Positions 38,501 to 50,531 of a DNA stretch of 64,000 nt are shown one piece after another. The notes under the pieces are model-generated. The model worked only from the letters and a program-made list of their open reading frames with translations. It was not told the origin of the DNA and did no database searches. This DNA comes from Cyanophora paradoxa CCMP329 (lineage: Eukaryota > Plantae > Glaucophyta). Location: contig QPMI01000225.1 of assembly GCA_004431415.1 (NCBI GenBank), positions 1 through 64,000 of the forward strand. The letters are read 5' to 3'. Position 1 is the stretch's first letter. Each line of letters begins with the position of its first letter. Both the position numbers and the translations under genes were made by a program.

Positions 38501-41500
38501 CGACGTCCTTCCCCGCCCATGCCCGCGGCCGCGCCGGCGCCCTCCTCTCCGCAGGACCGGGAAGCGCGTCGCTCGTGATCGCGCGCGAGCCCAGCGGCCT
38601 CGCGACGTCCGGCGTGCGGGCCTCAGGTGCGCGCACCTCGCCCCGAACCCGCCCCCGCGCTTGTCATCAATGGCGGCCACAGGCGGCGGCTGCAGCAGGC
38701 GAACTCGAACCCGTTCTACCAGAACAATGCGATTGAATTCCAGGTGGATCTGGGCGACATCGACCTTCTCTCCTTGGAGAGCGCGCGAATCGTGCGCGGA
38801 CTTCGATGCGTATTTGTGCTTCTACTCTTATCCGACGAGCTCGAGTCGGCAGGTCGAGAACAATACGCCGCAGCTGTCGGCGAACCTGCTGCCTCCCGAG
38901 CGCATCGACATGTCTGTCCTCGTTCCGGTGCGACGCGATTTTCGAGCCGGCGGCCGAGCCCGGGGGCCTAATCATGACCCGGCACCCGGTGCGGCGCGCG
39001 CGTGTGCGTGCGCATGCGCAGGCGTCGAGCGCGGGCTGCACGGCCGGCGCATGCGAGCAGGAGCGGGCGCTGGAGATTAGCGACGCGAACTTCGAGGAGG
39101 TCGTAGCCGGCCGCGACGCCCCGCGCATCGCCAACGACACAGAGGCGAGCCGGGAGGGCACAGGGCTTTAGCTGAATATATGGCTTGTATATCTTAGCAC
39201 AATTTTCTTCTCATGCAATGTGTAGAGAGCGGCTTCTTTCTCGTGGCTCAATTGTTTGCGCAGGGAGCGCTTCAGACATCGAGCATGTCGCTGAAACTGC
39301 CGCCCGCCGGCACCGCTGGCACTCGCGACCCGCTGACCTTCGACGGCGACCGGCTCATGTTCGCGCGCTTCTCTTACTTCGACGAAGTGAGTGTCAGATC
39401 CCGAATGCCGTATTCTTTTGGTTCGCCGATCTCATGGAAGCTATAAATTAAAGGACGACGCATTTCACCTTCTCTCATCTGTGTACTACAACAACTCGCG
39501 CCCGGCAACCTGTTCGACCATGCTGGTACGCGTCCCCGCCCCCGCATCGCGCCCCGTCCGCCTGGATCGATGTCGACGTCTCCGTTTCACACATAATTGA
39601 TTTTGCTTCCGAGCTGCAGCTGCGGGAGAACACGGTCCTCGAAGCGTGTGTTGCACCGTTTGGCGGCCTCAACTCCGCGGGTGGCTGGGACGCCGATTCC
39701 GTCGTTCGGTACACCACGCAGGTAATTCTATAATTAATACATAGAAACATATACAGTCATGCGCTGCACGTGTTCGCTCGAGATTTGACGATAATCATAA
39801 GCTGATCATCAAGCAACTCGTGAAAGCAGACTCTTGAAGGGGACCCGACGGCGCGGTGCTACCGATACGGAGGATCTGCGGCCTTCGGCTCGTCGGCGAC
39901 GCGGGGCAGCAATCCGACCGCGTTCCCGAGCTTCCGGAAGGGCGCGAGCTCGAGCTCGCGGATGAGCGACATCCAGAGCAACCCGCTGCACGCCGAGGCA
40001 TCGTCGGGCGAGAACCCTCTCTTCGAGGGCGGCGCCACCGTGCGTCTCACAGATCTCGCGAATTCGAAAAGCGGAATTCCAAATGCCTGATATGACAACT
40101 GCGGCGGGGGCGAGCAGCTGCGGAAGCTGCTGCAGGAGGCGGTGAACGGCTCGGACGTCCTGATCAAGTGCCGCGCGCTGGGCAGGAGCGACCGCCTGGT
40201 GCAGCAGTTCTACAAGCCCTGCTGCGCCGACGCCGACGGGGACGGCCTCGGAGACGAGCTCGCCAAGAGCACCGCCTTCCCTTCCGTCTGCCACGCCACG
40301 ATGGTGCGCTTCATCGAAAGACTGCTCGAGCTCGAGGCATAGCCCAGCGAACGCTCTCCGTGACTGTGACTGCGCGCAATTTAAATTTGCGCAGGACTTC
40401 AGCACAGGCGCATCAGTCGAGCGTTGCAGCAGTATGGCGGTGCTTTTTCTAAAAGCTTTCTCCGGGATTTTCATGATCGATCGCGAGCTTATCCAAGGGG
40501 CCGAACACGTCAGAGCAAAGAGAACGGCCTCGTCACGCGTCTCTCCTCTACGGTGCGTGTCGCTTCGACGCCAGCGCTAGCTCTCTGAGTACATCGCCCC
40601 GCGCGCAGGATGAATACGGGCAGACGACGGAGCGGTACACGGGGGCCTCCGCGCCGAGGACGACCCAAGGCGCCACCTTCGGCGAGCGCCTGGTCGCGAC
40701 GGTGAGCGGTCGCGCCTCGTGCAGACCCAAAACATACAAGTTTATTACTTTCGCATGCGAATAAAAATGTTCGATGACTTCGAAAATAATTCGCTCTTCG
40801 AATTCAGAACGGACAGCCTGCTCGCGTTTTGTCCGCCATGGCCGCCGGAGGCGGCAGCATTGGAACGCGCATCCGGCGCCTCAAGCCGGTTATTGGCATA
40901 GATTACATCAAGTTTGTGCGCTCAAAATTTCAATCGATATCTTCATGAGCTATATATCGAAACCTTAACTGGATTGCACTTGCACTTGCACGCAGAATCG
41001 AGTTCAAGTTGGCAGCGAGTCGTCGGCAACGGCTTGTGTCTTTCCTTCGAGCGCGTCAGGCGCGCCGGCTGCTCTGAAATGGGTGCCTGCACTCCGTTTT
41101 GCGCGTTGCGCATTTGTCTCCACATAACTGCGAGCGCATCGCATTTCGATGGCAGGTCGGGCACGCCACCGCAAAGAACTCGATCCGCAACATGAAGTCC
41201 TTGTTGGCGTCCGACGCTTACGTGGACCTGCGTCCCGTATTCTTCTCCGTGTTTCCGGTGAGCACTCCGTTTGGTGGACCGCGTGCATCCGCCCCTGCCG
41301 CTCGCGGCTCGGCTAACAGTCTTGCCCTGCCTCGTGACTAGGAGGGGGGCTCCCAAGGATGCACGCTTCCAGTTCCCTCCGCGACAGTTCAGAAGCTCGG
41401 ATTGATGGCGGTGCGTGCGCGTATCCGGCTCTATATCTAGATCTAGATCTACGCTTTTGAGAATGGCGGATTCTTATTTCGAGCACGCACGGACTCCAGG

Positions 41501-44500
41501 GTACGTTCGAGGACGCTGGCTCCCAGTGCAAGCCCGTCGAGAACGAAGCGTTCGCGTGCCTCCTGCCAACTAGCGTCAGCGAGGCTTCCGGTGTCACGCT
41601 CGTGCGTTCGAAAAACCAATATTCATGCCTTTAATTGCAAAGCTTTTGAGCCGAGGGTCGCCGATCTCAGAGCGAAGTCAAAGTGACGGGCGCGATTGCC
41701 ATAAACATCGTGAGTGACTGTCTCCGACCCTCATTCGTATTAATATTCAAAAACAAAACCTGTTTTATAGCTGCTCAGCTGCGCGTGACTCTTTAACGGG
41801 CATGTGCAGGCGGGGCTGGAGGGTACTGCGTACATTCCCGAGTTTGGGACCCCACGCAACATCTCCGGCTACGTTCGCATCGTGCGCAGCCTTTCGTGGC
41901 TCCCCCATCCCACCCATCCGTGCTCTGGCTGCGAATAGCTTCTCTAATTATGTAATTGGTCACGGAACCAGGACGCTCTGGAGCGCGCGTACCGAGTCCA
42001 CGTCGTGCGCGTCCATCGACTCCTTGTTGCCCCTCTCCGCTCAATTCGCGTCGATGTAGGACGGAATCGACGGCTTCGCGTACCTCGCCCGCCCGGCGCC
42101 GCCGCCCGCCCGCGGCAGCGCCCGCGCTTCGACGTTCTTCTGGAAGACGAGTGCAGGGTACGAGCCACTAAAGACCGTGCGTTTTCCCACACACATCATT
42201 ATTTACGGTTATTCGTAATCGAACCCTTGAACACAAGAGCAGGACCTTGACACGTTCTACGGGATCGCCGCTGCCGACGTCTCGGTCTGTTGCCTTCCAT
42301 AAAACAATATAAACATTCTCAGAACCTTTCTGCGGCCAAACGCTTCGGGACTTGAACAACGCTGAAAATTACGCAAGCAGAGCCTCCCCGCCGACGGAGA
42401 TGAAGGGCTGCTGGTGTTTGCCCGCGCCCGCCTTGGTTCGCCGTATCTTCTCTAATTCCACTCGGTCCGCTCTGCAGAGCGAGGGCGAGTCTATTTACAT
42501 GACCCTTCCTCCTCGCGATAAGGACAAGCCTTTCGCGGTGCGAAGAAGGAATCTTTCGCGGTGCGAAGAAGGAATCTCTCGTACCTCCGTCGGCGGCTGC
42601 CAGGTGCTGTCCGGATCCTGCGCATGCGTACGCGCCCAGTCGCAGTCGCAGTTGATCCGAGCCCTGCGCGCTCGCGCGTGGCAGACGCTGAGCGAGCCGA
42701 CGGAGCTGGGGGGCAAGGTGACCTGGCTGGCCTCCATCAAGAAGTTCGCGGCAGCGCAGAACTCGGTCGATCAGGTCCCTCTCCTCTGCTCCACCGTCTC
42801 GGTGCGCCCCCGCGCCCCCGCAAATTTCAAACGTTCGAAATCCCGCCGCGTGTGATTGCGCGGGCGGCGGGGAAGGATGCCAAAGGCGGGACGGTGGAGG
42901 AGTGCTTCCGGGGCACCGCGTACCTCCACTCGGGCGAGGCGAGTGCCGGGGAGCGCCTCTACGAGGTGGACCCTGCAGGCGCGGGGTCCGCGTGGAGGGC
43001 CGTCGTGGGGAAGGTCAACGTCGACAACAACCCCTCGATCACGTCCCGAGTCACCCAGCGGGTGCGTCGCGTCCCTTGTGGCGAGCATATATATCGACTT
43101 TTTGAAGTCTTCTGCGCGCTTACTTGAATTCGACAGGACGCATCCGGAAACGTCATGAAGCTGTGCTATATCGAGAAGGCGAATCCGGTTGCTTTCCTCC
43201 AATCATGCGTCTTTTTTCTATTCAACAGGACAAACAGAACGGCACGGGAGCCATCGTCAGCGAACTGTGCCGATCACCGCGAGTGCGCACACCTGATCGG
43301 CGCTTCACGCTTTCGAACTTGACCCACTGACCGGTTATTTACAGGAAGCCGACGTCGCCTCCAACCTCGTATTCTACAAGGTCCGCGACCCGTTTTGGAA
43401 ACCGGCGAAAAGTAGTAAATCTCACGACCCATATTGCGACAGGGTCTCACAACGCAGACCAATATCTGGGCCTCCCAATATGAGTGCCACGCAAAATCTG
43501 CTGTGCGCATTGTCTTGCCTTCGGCCTATCTATAGCCATTTTCTTGCCTCTGCTTATGTCTCAGCGCGGCGCCGCCCTTCCATCCAGGCGTCGACGCTTC
43601 CAGGACCCTACAACTATTTCCCAGTGCGATTTATACCGTAAATGTAACCTTGTTCTCGAACGCTTTAATTTAGCGCCATCGTCCCGCTGTCCGCGCAGCG
43701 CGGACCGAAAGCGCCCTCCAAGAGCCATCTCGGTGAGCGATCAGATCTAGCGCGATTTGAAAACGAGCGCGCGGTAGCCATATGCATCTGATAACGAAAT
43801 GCTTTTCTCTGGGCGCAGTGGGGCCCGAGTCGACACTGCCCGTGCACGAGACGTGCTATCGCCTCCTGGTCCGCTGCCGCCGCTCTAGATCTCGATATCT
43901 ACGCTCGGAGTAAAATTCCATCGAGCGCTCGCGCGAGCGCGCTGCTCACGCTCGAGTCCATCCCAGAGCGCGGACGGGCCCGTGGCCGAGCGCGTCACCG
44001 TCGAGGTGAGCCCCACGAATTCAAAAGAGTGACGCCTTCCACATTGACAAAAATACACATTATCCTCATAATCACCTGCTGGGCTCGATTTGCAGTACCC
44101 GCAAACAACGCGACTGGTCAGGCAGACACGGTTAGAGGACTTCATTCCCTGCAAGCTCGCACCAGCTATAGTACTGTGAGGCGGGGCGCAATCATTCTAA
44201 CCTCGGAGCGGGGTCAGGACCTACCGCCGCAGTGGAGCGTACGACTCCAGCAAACAGCTCCTGTTTTCATACGACTGTGCGCCGCCGGGCTGCGCATGCA
44301 TATGCTGCCGCTCAAAATCAAAGCGTCATGATCACATTTAATTCGATTCGCGCAGCGCGTGGAGAGGTCGGCGTGCACGCGTCGACGGCTGCGGCGCTCC
44401 CCAAGTCCGACCCCGCCTACCAGAGCAAGGAGTCAGACCTCGTGCGCCCTTCACCATAAGTATACTCTTCAAAATGCAATTTATATCTGGACGGGCGCCC

Positions 44501-47500
44501 GCGGCCGCGGCCGATCGTCGTCATTATTGTCTTATATTACGCACGTGCACTGCGCAGCACTTTCTGCGGCGGCTCATCAACGTGCCACGGGAGCCTCAGT
44601 CGGGCCTTCCGACAGGCAAGCGGCTGCATGCCACAGACGACGGGTCCGGGGGGACCAGTGCCGGCGCCGGCACTGTCGCCGCCGGGGTTCGCATATATAT
44701 ACCCCGCCCCTCGTGCTTTAAAACTTCGAGTCGCCATGGGGAGTTCGGTGACGGCCGCCGTTGGCGTTGCAGGAGACGACGGCGGGCACGAAATCGGTGC
44801 AAGACGGGGGCGCCGGAGCCGATCGCGAGGCGGGCAAGGCGGAGGTGGCGCCGGCGGGGGCGGCCGTCTTCGACAAAGGGACGCCGCCGGCCCCGCTCGA
44901 GCCCGGCTCGAGCCTTTCCAACGGCGCCGTCGTCTTCAGTCCCCCGCGAGAGCTCTACGAGCCATTGGTCAGCTTCTCGACTCCTGAAACCTCTCAGCCC
45001 CGCTAGTGGTTTTTGTTCATGGAAGCTGACACTTGAGGTCGCGCAGCTCGAGGCTGCTTCCGATATGCTCCAACTCCGGGGGCGGTTGATCCCTTCCACT
45101 TCTTGGGAGGTGCGCCTGCTGCAAATATTTTCAAAATTCCTCCGGCTTTAATTTTGCACTTGTGATGAAAATTTAAACGGTGACGTTGCAGCAAGACTAC
45201 TCATCCTCGGACAGGACGGTCGATCCGGTGCGGATTTATAGGACACGCCGCGGCCGTGCACGTGGCTGCATGTGCACGGTTTTGCACCTCATCCATACCG
45301 CGAACGCAGCTCGGGTCGGACATCCGCACGTGCCCGCTGAACCCCGACCCGAAGTGCGCCTACGAGATCGCCGTGTCGCCCTCCGCGCCCGGCGACGCCC
45401 CTCCCATGGCCTCCAGCGACGCGGTAATTGTAATCGATACCATTCACGCGTCTCCCGTCTTGGGCCCGCGCCCTTCCGGGTCGCGCCCTAGGCCTCGCCT
45501 GACTTGCCGACTTTTCACTTTTCACTTCAAACAATGTGCAGGCGTGCCGCCTCTGCCGGCGGCCGGTCCCCTTGGTGCTTCGCCACGAGGACGCCCTCCG
45601 CACGTGCCCTGACCCACGTGCGCCAGTGCTTCAAATTCGCACACCGTGAATTTAATTTCCTCTTACGAGGATGCCAACCGCAGCGGCTATCGCCTTCCGC
45701 CCCGCGCGACCGCGCGTTGAGGACTGTGCGCCGTCGCTTTCATGAACACGTCAAATAATCCGTTTCGACGTGTAAGCGCCGGCGGCGGGCAGGCATCCCG
45801 ACGGCGGTGGAGCCCTCGACGGGCGTTGCGTACACGAGCCTCGTGCCCGAGGCGAACAAGCCGATGCCGCTCGTCCTCAAGGCCTCCAAGGGGACCCGGA
45901 GCGCCGGCGCCGGCGCCTTCCGCGGCCACCTCCGCGTCTCCACCTTCGTCGCCGGCCTCAGCGAAGACCTCTTCCCGTTCCTGGTCCGCTCGGAAGTCGC
46001 AATCCGCGGAACGAATGCGCTGCGGTTGACGCGGATCGCGTCTGCAGCCCGACGTGGAGCTCGAGTCGGCCAAGCTCGTGGGCGTCGGCCCCAAGGCCCA
46101 GCGTAAGCGCGCCGGCTGCGCTCGCTCAGACACGCGCCTTCCGACTCTAGACCTGACGCCGACGTCGCGGCGCGGGATTCGAAGTGGCGACGAAGCTCGG
46201 GCCTCAGCTGCGGGTCGTCCAGGGGCCGCCTCCGCCCGGCCTCAACGAGACCGCGATCAGGCACTTGCGCTCTAATTTATGTATAGTTTTAGATCTGCTG
46301 CGCATGCGCACCCGATGTCTTTCTGAGCTGCAGCTGCCCCCGCCTGCCCGCAGCGCCGAGCACCCTCTGGGGACGGTCTTCGTCTCGCGTGAGCCGTGGG
46401 ACCCGCGGGCTCTCTCCTACAACTGGACGGAGGGCTGCGCCGCCCGCTGCCGCGGCTGCGCCGACGCGCTCCACCTCACCGTCGTCCTCAACCAGTGACC
46501 ATCGTTTCTGCAAATCCCGCAGAACCCGCAGGTCACCCTCCTGATGCGAGTGCAACGCAGGACCCTGGCGGACGAGGCGGTGCCCGTGCGAGCGGTTTCA
46601 GCGCGCGTGGCGCGGACAGTCATCCGGCCGCCCGCCCGCAACGTCCGCTTTGTCTTCCGGGCGCGGGACGCGTGCGGCCCCGCCCTGGCAGAGGCCCGCG
46701 CCAAGTCCGGCGGCAAGGTCGGGGCGCTGCCGGCGGCGTGCCGGCCCTCCCGGCGCCTCGAGCTCGCGGGGGACCCCCTGAAGGCGCCCCGCGTCGTGGG
46801 CGTCGCACGTGTGGCCGACCCCTCGAGGCGCCTGGCCGACGCCCTCGGGGATGGCGAGCCGCTGCCCTGGCCCGCCCGCCTGGACGCGAGCCTCACGCCG
46901 GCGAAGGCGGCTTCAGCGGTCAAGCCCGCTCCGCAGGAGTCCACGGTGAAGGCCGCCGAGCGCGCGAGCCGGCGTCGACTGCGCGCCGAGGCGGCCGGCG
47001 GCCTTGTCTGGGGCTACATCGCAGTGGCTGACATGGATGGCGACGGCGCGCTCGACTTCGGCGCGTGTGCCTCGCCCCCCGACCCCCCGCTGGCCGCCGG
47101 CGCCCCGCGCGCCGCGCCCGTGCCCCACGCACCCTGGCCCTCGCCCTCGCCCTCGCCCTCGCCCTCGCCCTCGCCGACCGCATCCCCAAGCATAGCCCCG
47201 TCTCCCACAGCGACCCCTCGCCCCCGCGTGCGTGCCGCGGGCGCGCCACTATAGCGACAAACTCATGATCACAGCCGCTCAATATTTAATGTCGTACACG
47301 TGTATGTTCTGACTTCGACTTCGGGGGCCGTCCCGGCCGGCGCCAGATCGCGAAGCTCAAGATCGGGAAGGGCGACGGCGGGTCCCTTGTCTTCGACGAG
47401 AACGGCGTCGCCCGCCTCTCCGTCCCTGCCGCCCGCGCCTACCAGGTGCGCCTGCCCTTGGCTTCTCTCGGCCCCCCGAGCGCGAGGCTTTCCCGCGTTT

Positions 47501-48395
47501 TATCTGAATGTCCGGAGCAGCCCGGCGGTGAAGTCAGCATTTTCGGGGAGGTAAGCTACAATTCTCGAATGTCATCCGAGGTGTTGAGCACTGGGTACCT
47601 GACTTTGACTCAGGGCTTCCCATACCCCGAGCCGATCGAGGTGTACCTCGTTTCGGGCGGACAGAGCCTGCAAGCGCCTGAAGCGCGGTTCGTGTCGGAG
47701 ACGGAGATGCGTTTCCGTGCGCCCGTTTCAAATTCCTGGATGATAATCATAATATTCAATTCTTCATGTGCCATGACATTTCAAGCATTATTATATTCTG
47801 CAATTGAAATTGAAATTTCTTCAGGTGTTCCAAAGCCGCCAGGGCGCCGCGCGCGCAAGCTGCTGGGCCCGGTTCGTATGTGTGAATATATCTCGTTATA
47901 TCTAGAAGAGTCGGATTCGAAATTGAAATAAGAGCATTCATGATCATCGATTGCAACTGATTTGATGATGATCTGCAGGCCTTCTCGGCGGGGACGGTGA
48001 GCGACCTCCGGGTCGTCAGCGTGAACGGCGCCTTCGAGACCTTCACGCTCGAGAACGCGCGCCCTCTTGCTCCCCTCCCCCCCCCCCCCTCCCCCCTCCC
48101 CCCTCCCCCCCCCCTGCATGCGCAGCTGCCTGGCGCTCGATCGGATCACTTACCTTGCACTTGCGCCTCGCAGGCGTTCGCCTGGGATGAGCCGCCCTTT
48201 TCCGGACCTCTGTAAGTGATTCCGCACCCTAAGAACATAACGAACCTTCACTTATTCCCATGCGTCAACGTGAACGTTTGCAGGCCCGTTCTGGCGTCTG
48301 GAGCAGTGAGGGGGCGGCCGGTCAAGACGTCGACAATCTGGTCTATCCTCATTTTATGCCAACTGTCCTTAATCAAATATATTAGCTTCGGGTAG
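35510..48395 (+). CDS. Very large secreted/cell-surface protein with signal peptide, mosaic short motifs, SP-repeat stalk, C-terminal TIG-like domain and hydrophobic tail
   Basis: Signal MANCKSRPRVP/VLLVALAACAALLPRGAAA. Dozens of mostly phase-0 exons. RRLQQ/RKLLQ/RKLL motifs typical of algal secreted proteins. PSPSPSPSPSPT near 47140. Exon GFPYPEPIEVYLV..ARFVSETEMRFR. Ends STIWSILILCQLSLIKYISFG* (TAG 48393-48395). The full exon chain was not verified at every junction. Confidence 0.7.
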
Positions 48396-48680
48396 CTGCA
48401 GATGAAGTACTAGTTCTGCGATGCCGCTAGGTCTTGGAAAATTGTAAATTTAGTTCGAATAAATTGCGATCGGACTACTAGTACTATTCTCGTCACTGGG
48501 ACATGTACAGTCGATCGGGGGGAGGCCCCCTTCCGCCCCCGCCCCCCCTTCCCCCGCCGCGCCCCCGCCCCCCTTCCCCCGCCCCCCCCCCCTCCCCCCC
48601 CCTCCCCCACCCCACCCCTAACTGAACTAAACTGCTAAACACGGGAGGAGCCCTTCCACTGTGCGCCCCCCTTGCCCCGC

Positions 48681-48930
48681 CCCTTGCAAATTGCTCCCCT
48701 TACCTGTACGCGGTTGGGCTCTCCACCTCTAAGGAACCTGAAAGCGATGCGTTTACAGTGCCCATCCTCATCTCCGACATCGTGCGTTGCTTCCCCGGGC
48801 GCCCCCTCCTCCTCCCCCCCTCTCCCCCTCCCCTCCCCCCCTGCGCCACCTCCGAGCCCTCCCTTCCCCATCACTCCCTCCTCTCCTGGGCGCCGTCCTC
48901 CCTCGAGCTCCCTCCTTCCGGCGATGCCCC
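48681..48930 (+). pseudogene. Diverged partial duplicate of an exon plus intron start of the upstream gene (copy of ~36553-36840)
   Basis: TACGCGGTTGGGCTCTCCACCTCTAAGGAACCTGAAAGCGATGCGTTTACAGTGCCCATCCTCATCTCCGAC matches 36600-36670 with few substitutions. The intronic CACCTCCGAGCCCTCCCTTCCCCATCACTCC..CTCGAGCTCCCTCCTTCCGGC is also shared. The acceptor is lost. Confidence 0.85.
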
Positions 48931-49376
48931 CGTCCCCCCCCCCCCCCCCCCCCCCCCCCTGTCGTCTCCCGGCCCACTTCTAAGACAGCTCTTCACTTCT
49001 TGCGGCACCAATTGATGGACCGGACCTTCTAATTGTGAATAATTTAATGCATTCTTAATCGTTAGCGATTGCATTCGGGATGCACTTATTATAATTATGT
49101 TTAGAGGAGGTGAGCGGGGCCGCAGTCGACGTCGGCGGATTCGAAGGCTGCCGGGCCGCCTCCGAAGGACGGCGAGCCGACGGGGGCAGGGAGGCCCTCC
49201 GCGGCCGCCCCGGGGCGCCCCCTCGGCCGCCCCCTCGAGCTCGGCGGGGGCGGCGGCTGCGGCCTCGAGCTCGTCCACGCCGCACGAGTAAGGGGAGACG
49301 AGTTCAGCCTGCGGGGCGCGAGGGAAAGCAGGGCGGTGTGAGGCTCCAAAAGAAAGAGCTGTAGAAGCGAGCTCGG

Positions 49377-50254
49377 TCAGGGCGCGGGGAGCACCTCAGA
49401 GCTCAGGCCAAGCGGATCCGTGGCGGGCGAGTCCATAGCGACGTCGACAACGGAGGGATCAGCCTGAGGGGTAGAGTCGGCAGGGCGGGGGGGGGGGTTA
49501 GAGGGGTAGGGCAGGATCGAGGGCTGGGCGGGCCGGGCCCAGAGCACTGACCGCCTGCTGGTGGTCCTCGTCGAGCTGCCAGGGGCCGGGCTTCGAGGCG
49601 CGCTGGCTGGCGCTGCCGATCGCCGGGCCCGAGCTTCCGCGTCGCGACCTTGGGATCGGACGCCCTGGCGGGGTCGCGCGTGCGCTCGAAGCCGAGGCGG
49701 TTGAGGGCGTGCGCCTGGGAGGGGTCGGACGCGTAGTCGGCGAGGTGGTGCGCCTCCTGCGCCGCGTGCCAGCCGTCCACCTCGGGGGCGCCCAGCGTCA
49801 GGCACTTCCCCACCACGCCCATCGCCGCGTAGCCGTTGCCGGGCGCGAACCCGTGAACGCGGAAGGACTGACCGCCCATCCCGAGGCAAGCCGCCGGCGT
49901 CGGCGCGAACATCGTCGGGTCGGGAATGGGAATGCCGGCCGAGGAAAAGATGGGCGGGTGCGGGACGCAGCTGGGAAGCTTGTAGCACACGCCCTGGGCG
50001 CCCATCTTCGCGAGGGCGATGATCTTGTCAGGCCCGCTGTTGCTGAGCGCCTCCGCCACGCCGGCGTGGCCCTTCCTGATGTTCTCGAACTCGTCCTGGC
50101 TGCCATGCTGCGCTACTTGAAACGCCAGCCGGCCCAGATGCGTCGGCTGAACGAATGCCGGGAACGGCTGCACGGCTGGCTTCCGCATGCTCGAGCTGCC
50201 GCGGTCAAAGTCGCCTCGCGCCCAGTAATGGTCATGATGTACGCCAGATGACAT
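49377..50254 (-). CDS. Hypothetical protein with a long uninterrupted first exon
   Basis: ATG at 50254 opens >240 codons of non-low-complexity sequence (MSSGVHHDHYWARGDFDRG..GPDKIIALAKMGAQGVCYKLPSC..FRVHGFAPGNGYAAMG). The 3' end is uncertain. Confidence 0.55.
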
Positions 50255-50531
50255 GGTCCCGTCTCTCGATCTACTGGGGGATGGCCGTGAGTCATCAGCG
50301 CGCGCGCGCGTCCTCCGTGGCGGCGCGGCGGAGCTGCGCATGCAGCCGCTGGGCGCGCGCGCACCCAGATAACCGCCGACGGCGCGAACCTTGAAACAAG
50401 ATGATCGGTGGTAACCGTTGAGCTCAAGCTAGGCCTGCTGTTGGGGAAAAGTCGACCGGCTGACCAGCTGCAACAGCTGGCAGCTACCATGATGAAAGAA
50501 TCACAAACTGAAATGGAATCGAAAATTTCAA

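Noticed and set aside
42060-42156. GH13-like DGIDGF/RPRFDV motif in the mosaic gene
   Set aside because: Depends on an unverified ~40-nt GC-AG intron; too uncertain to count.
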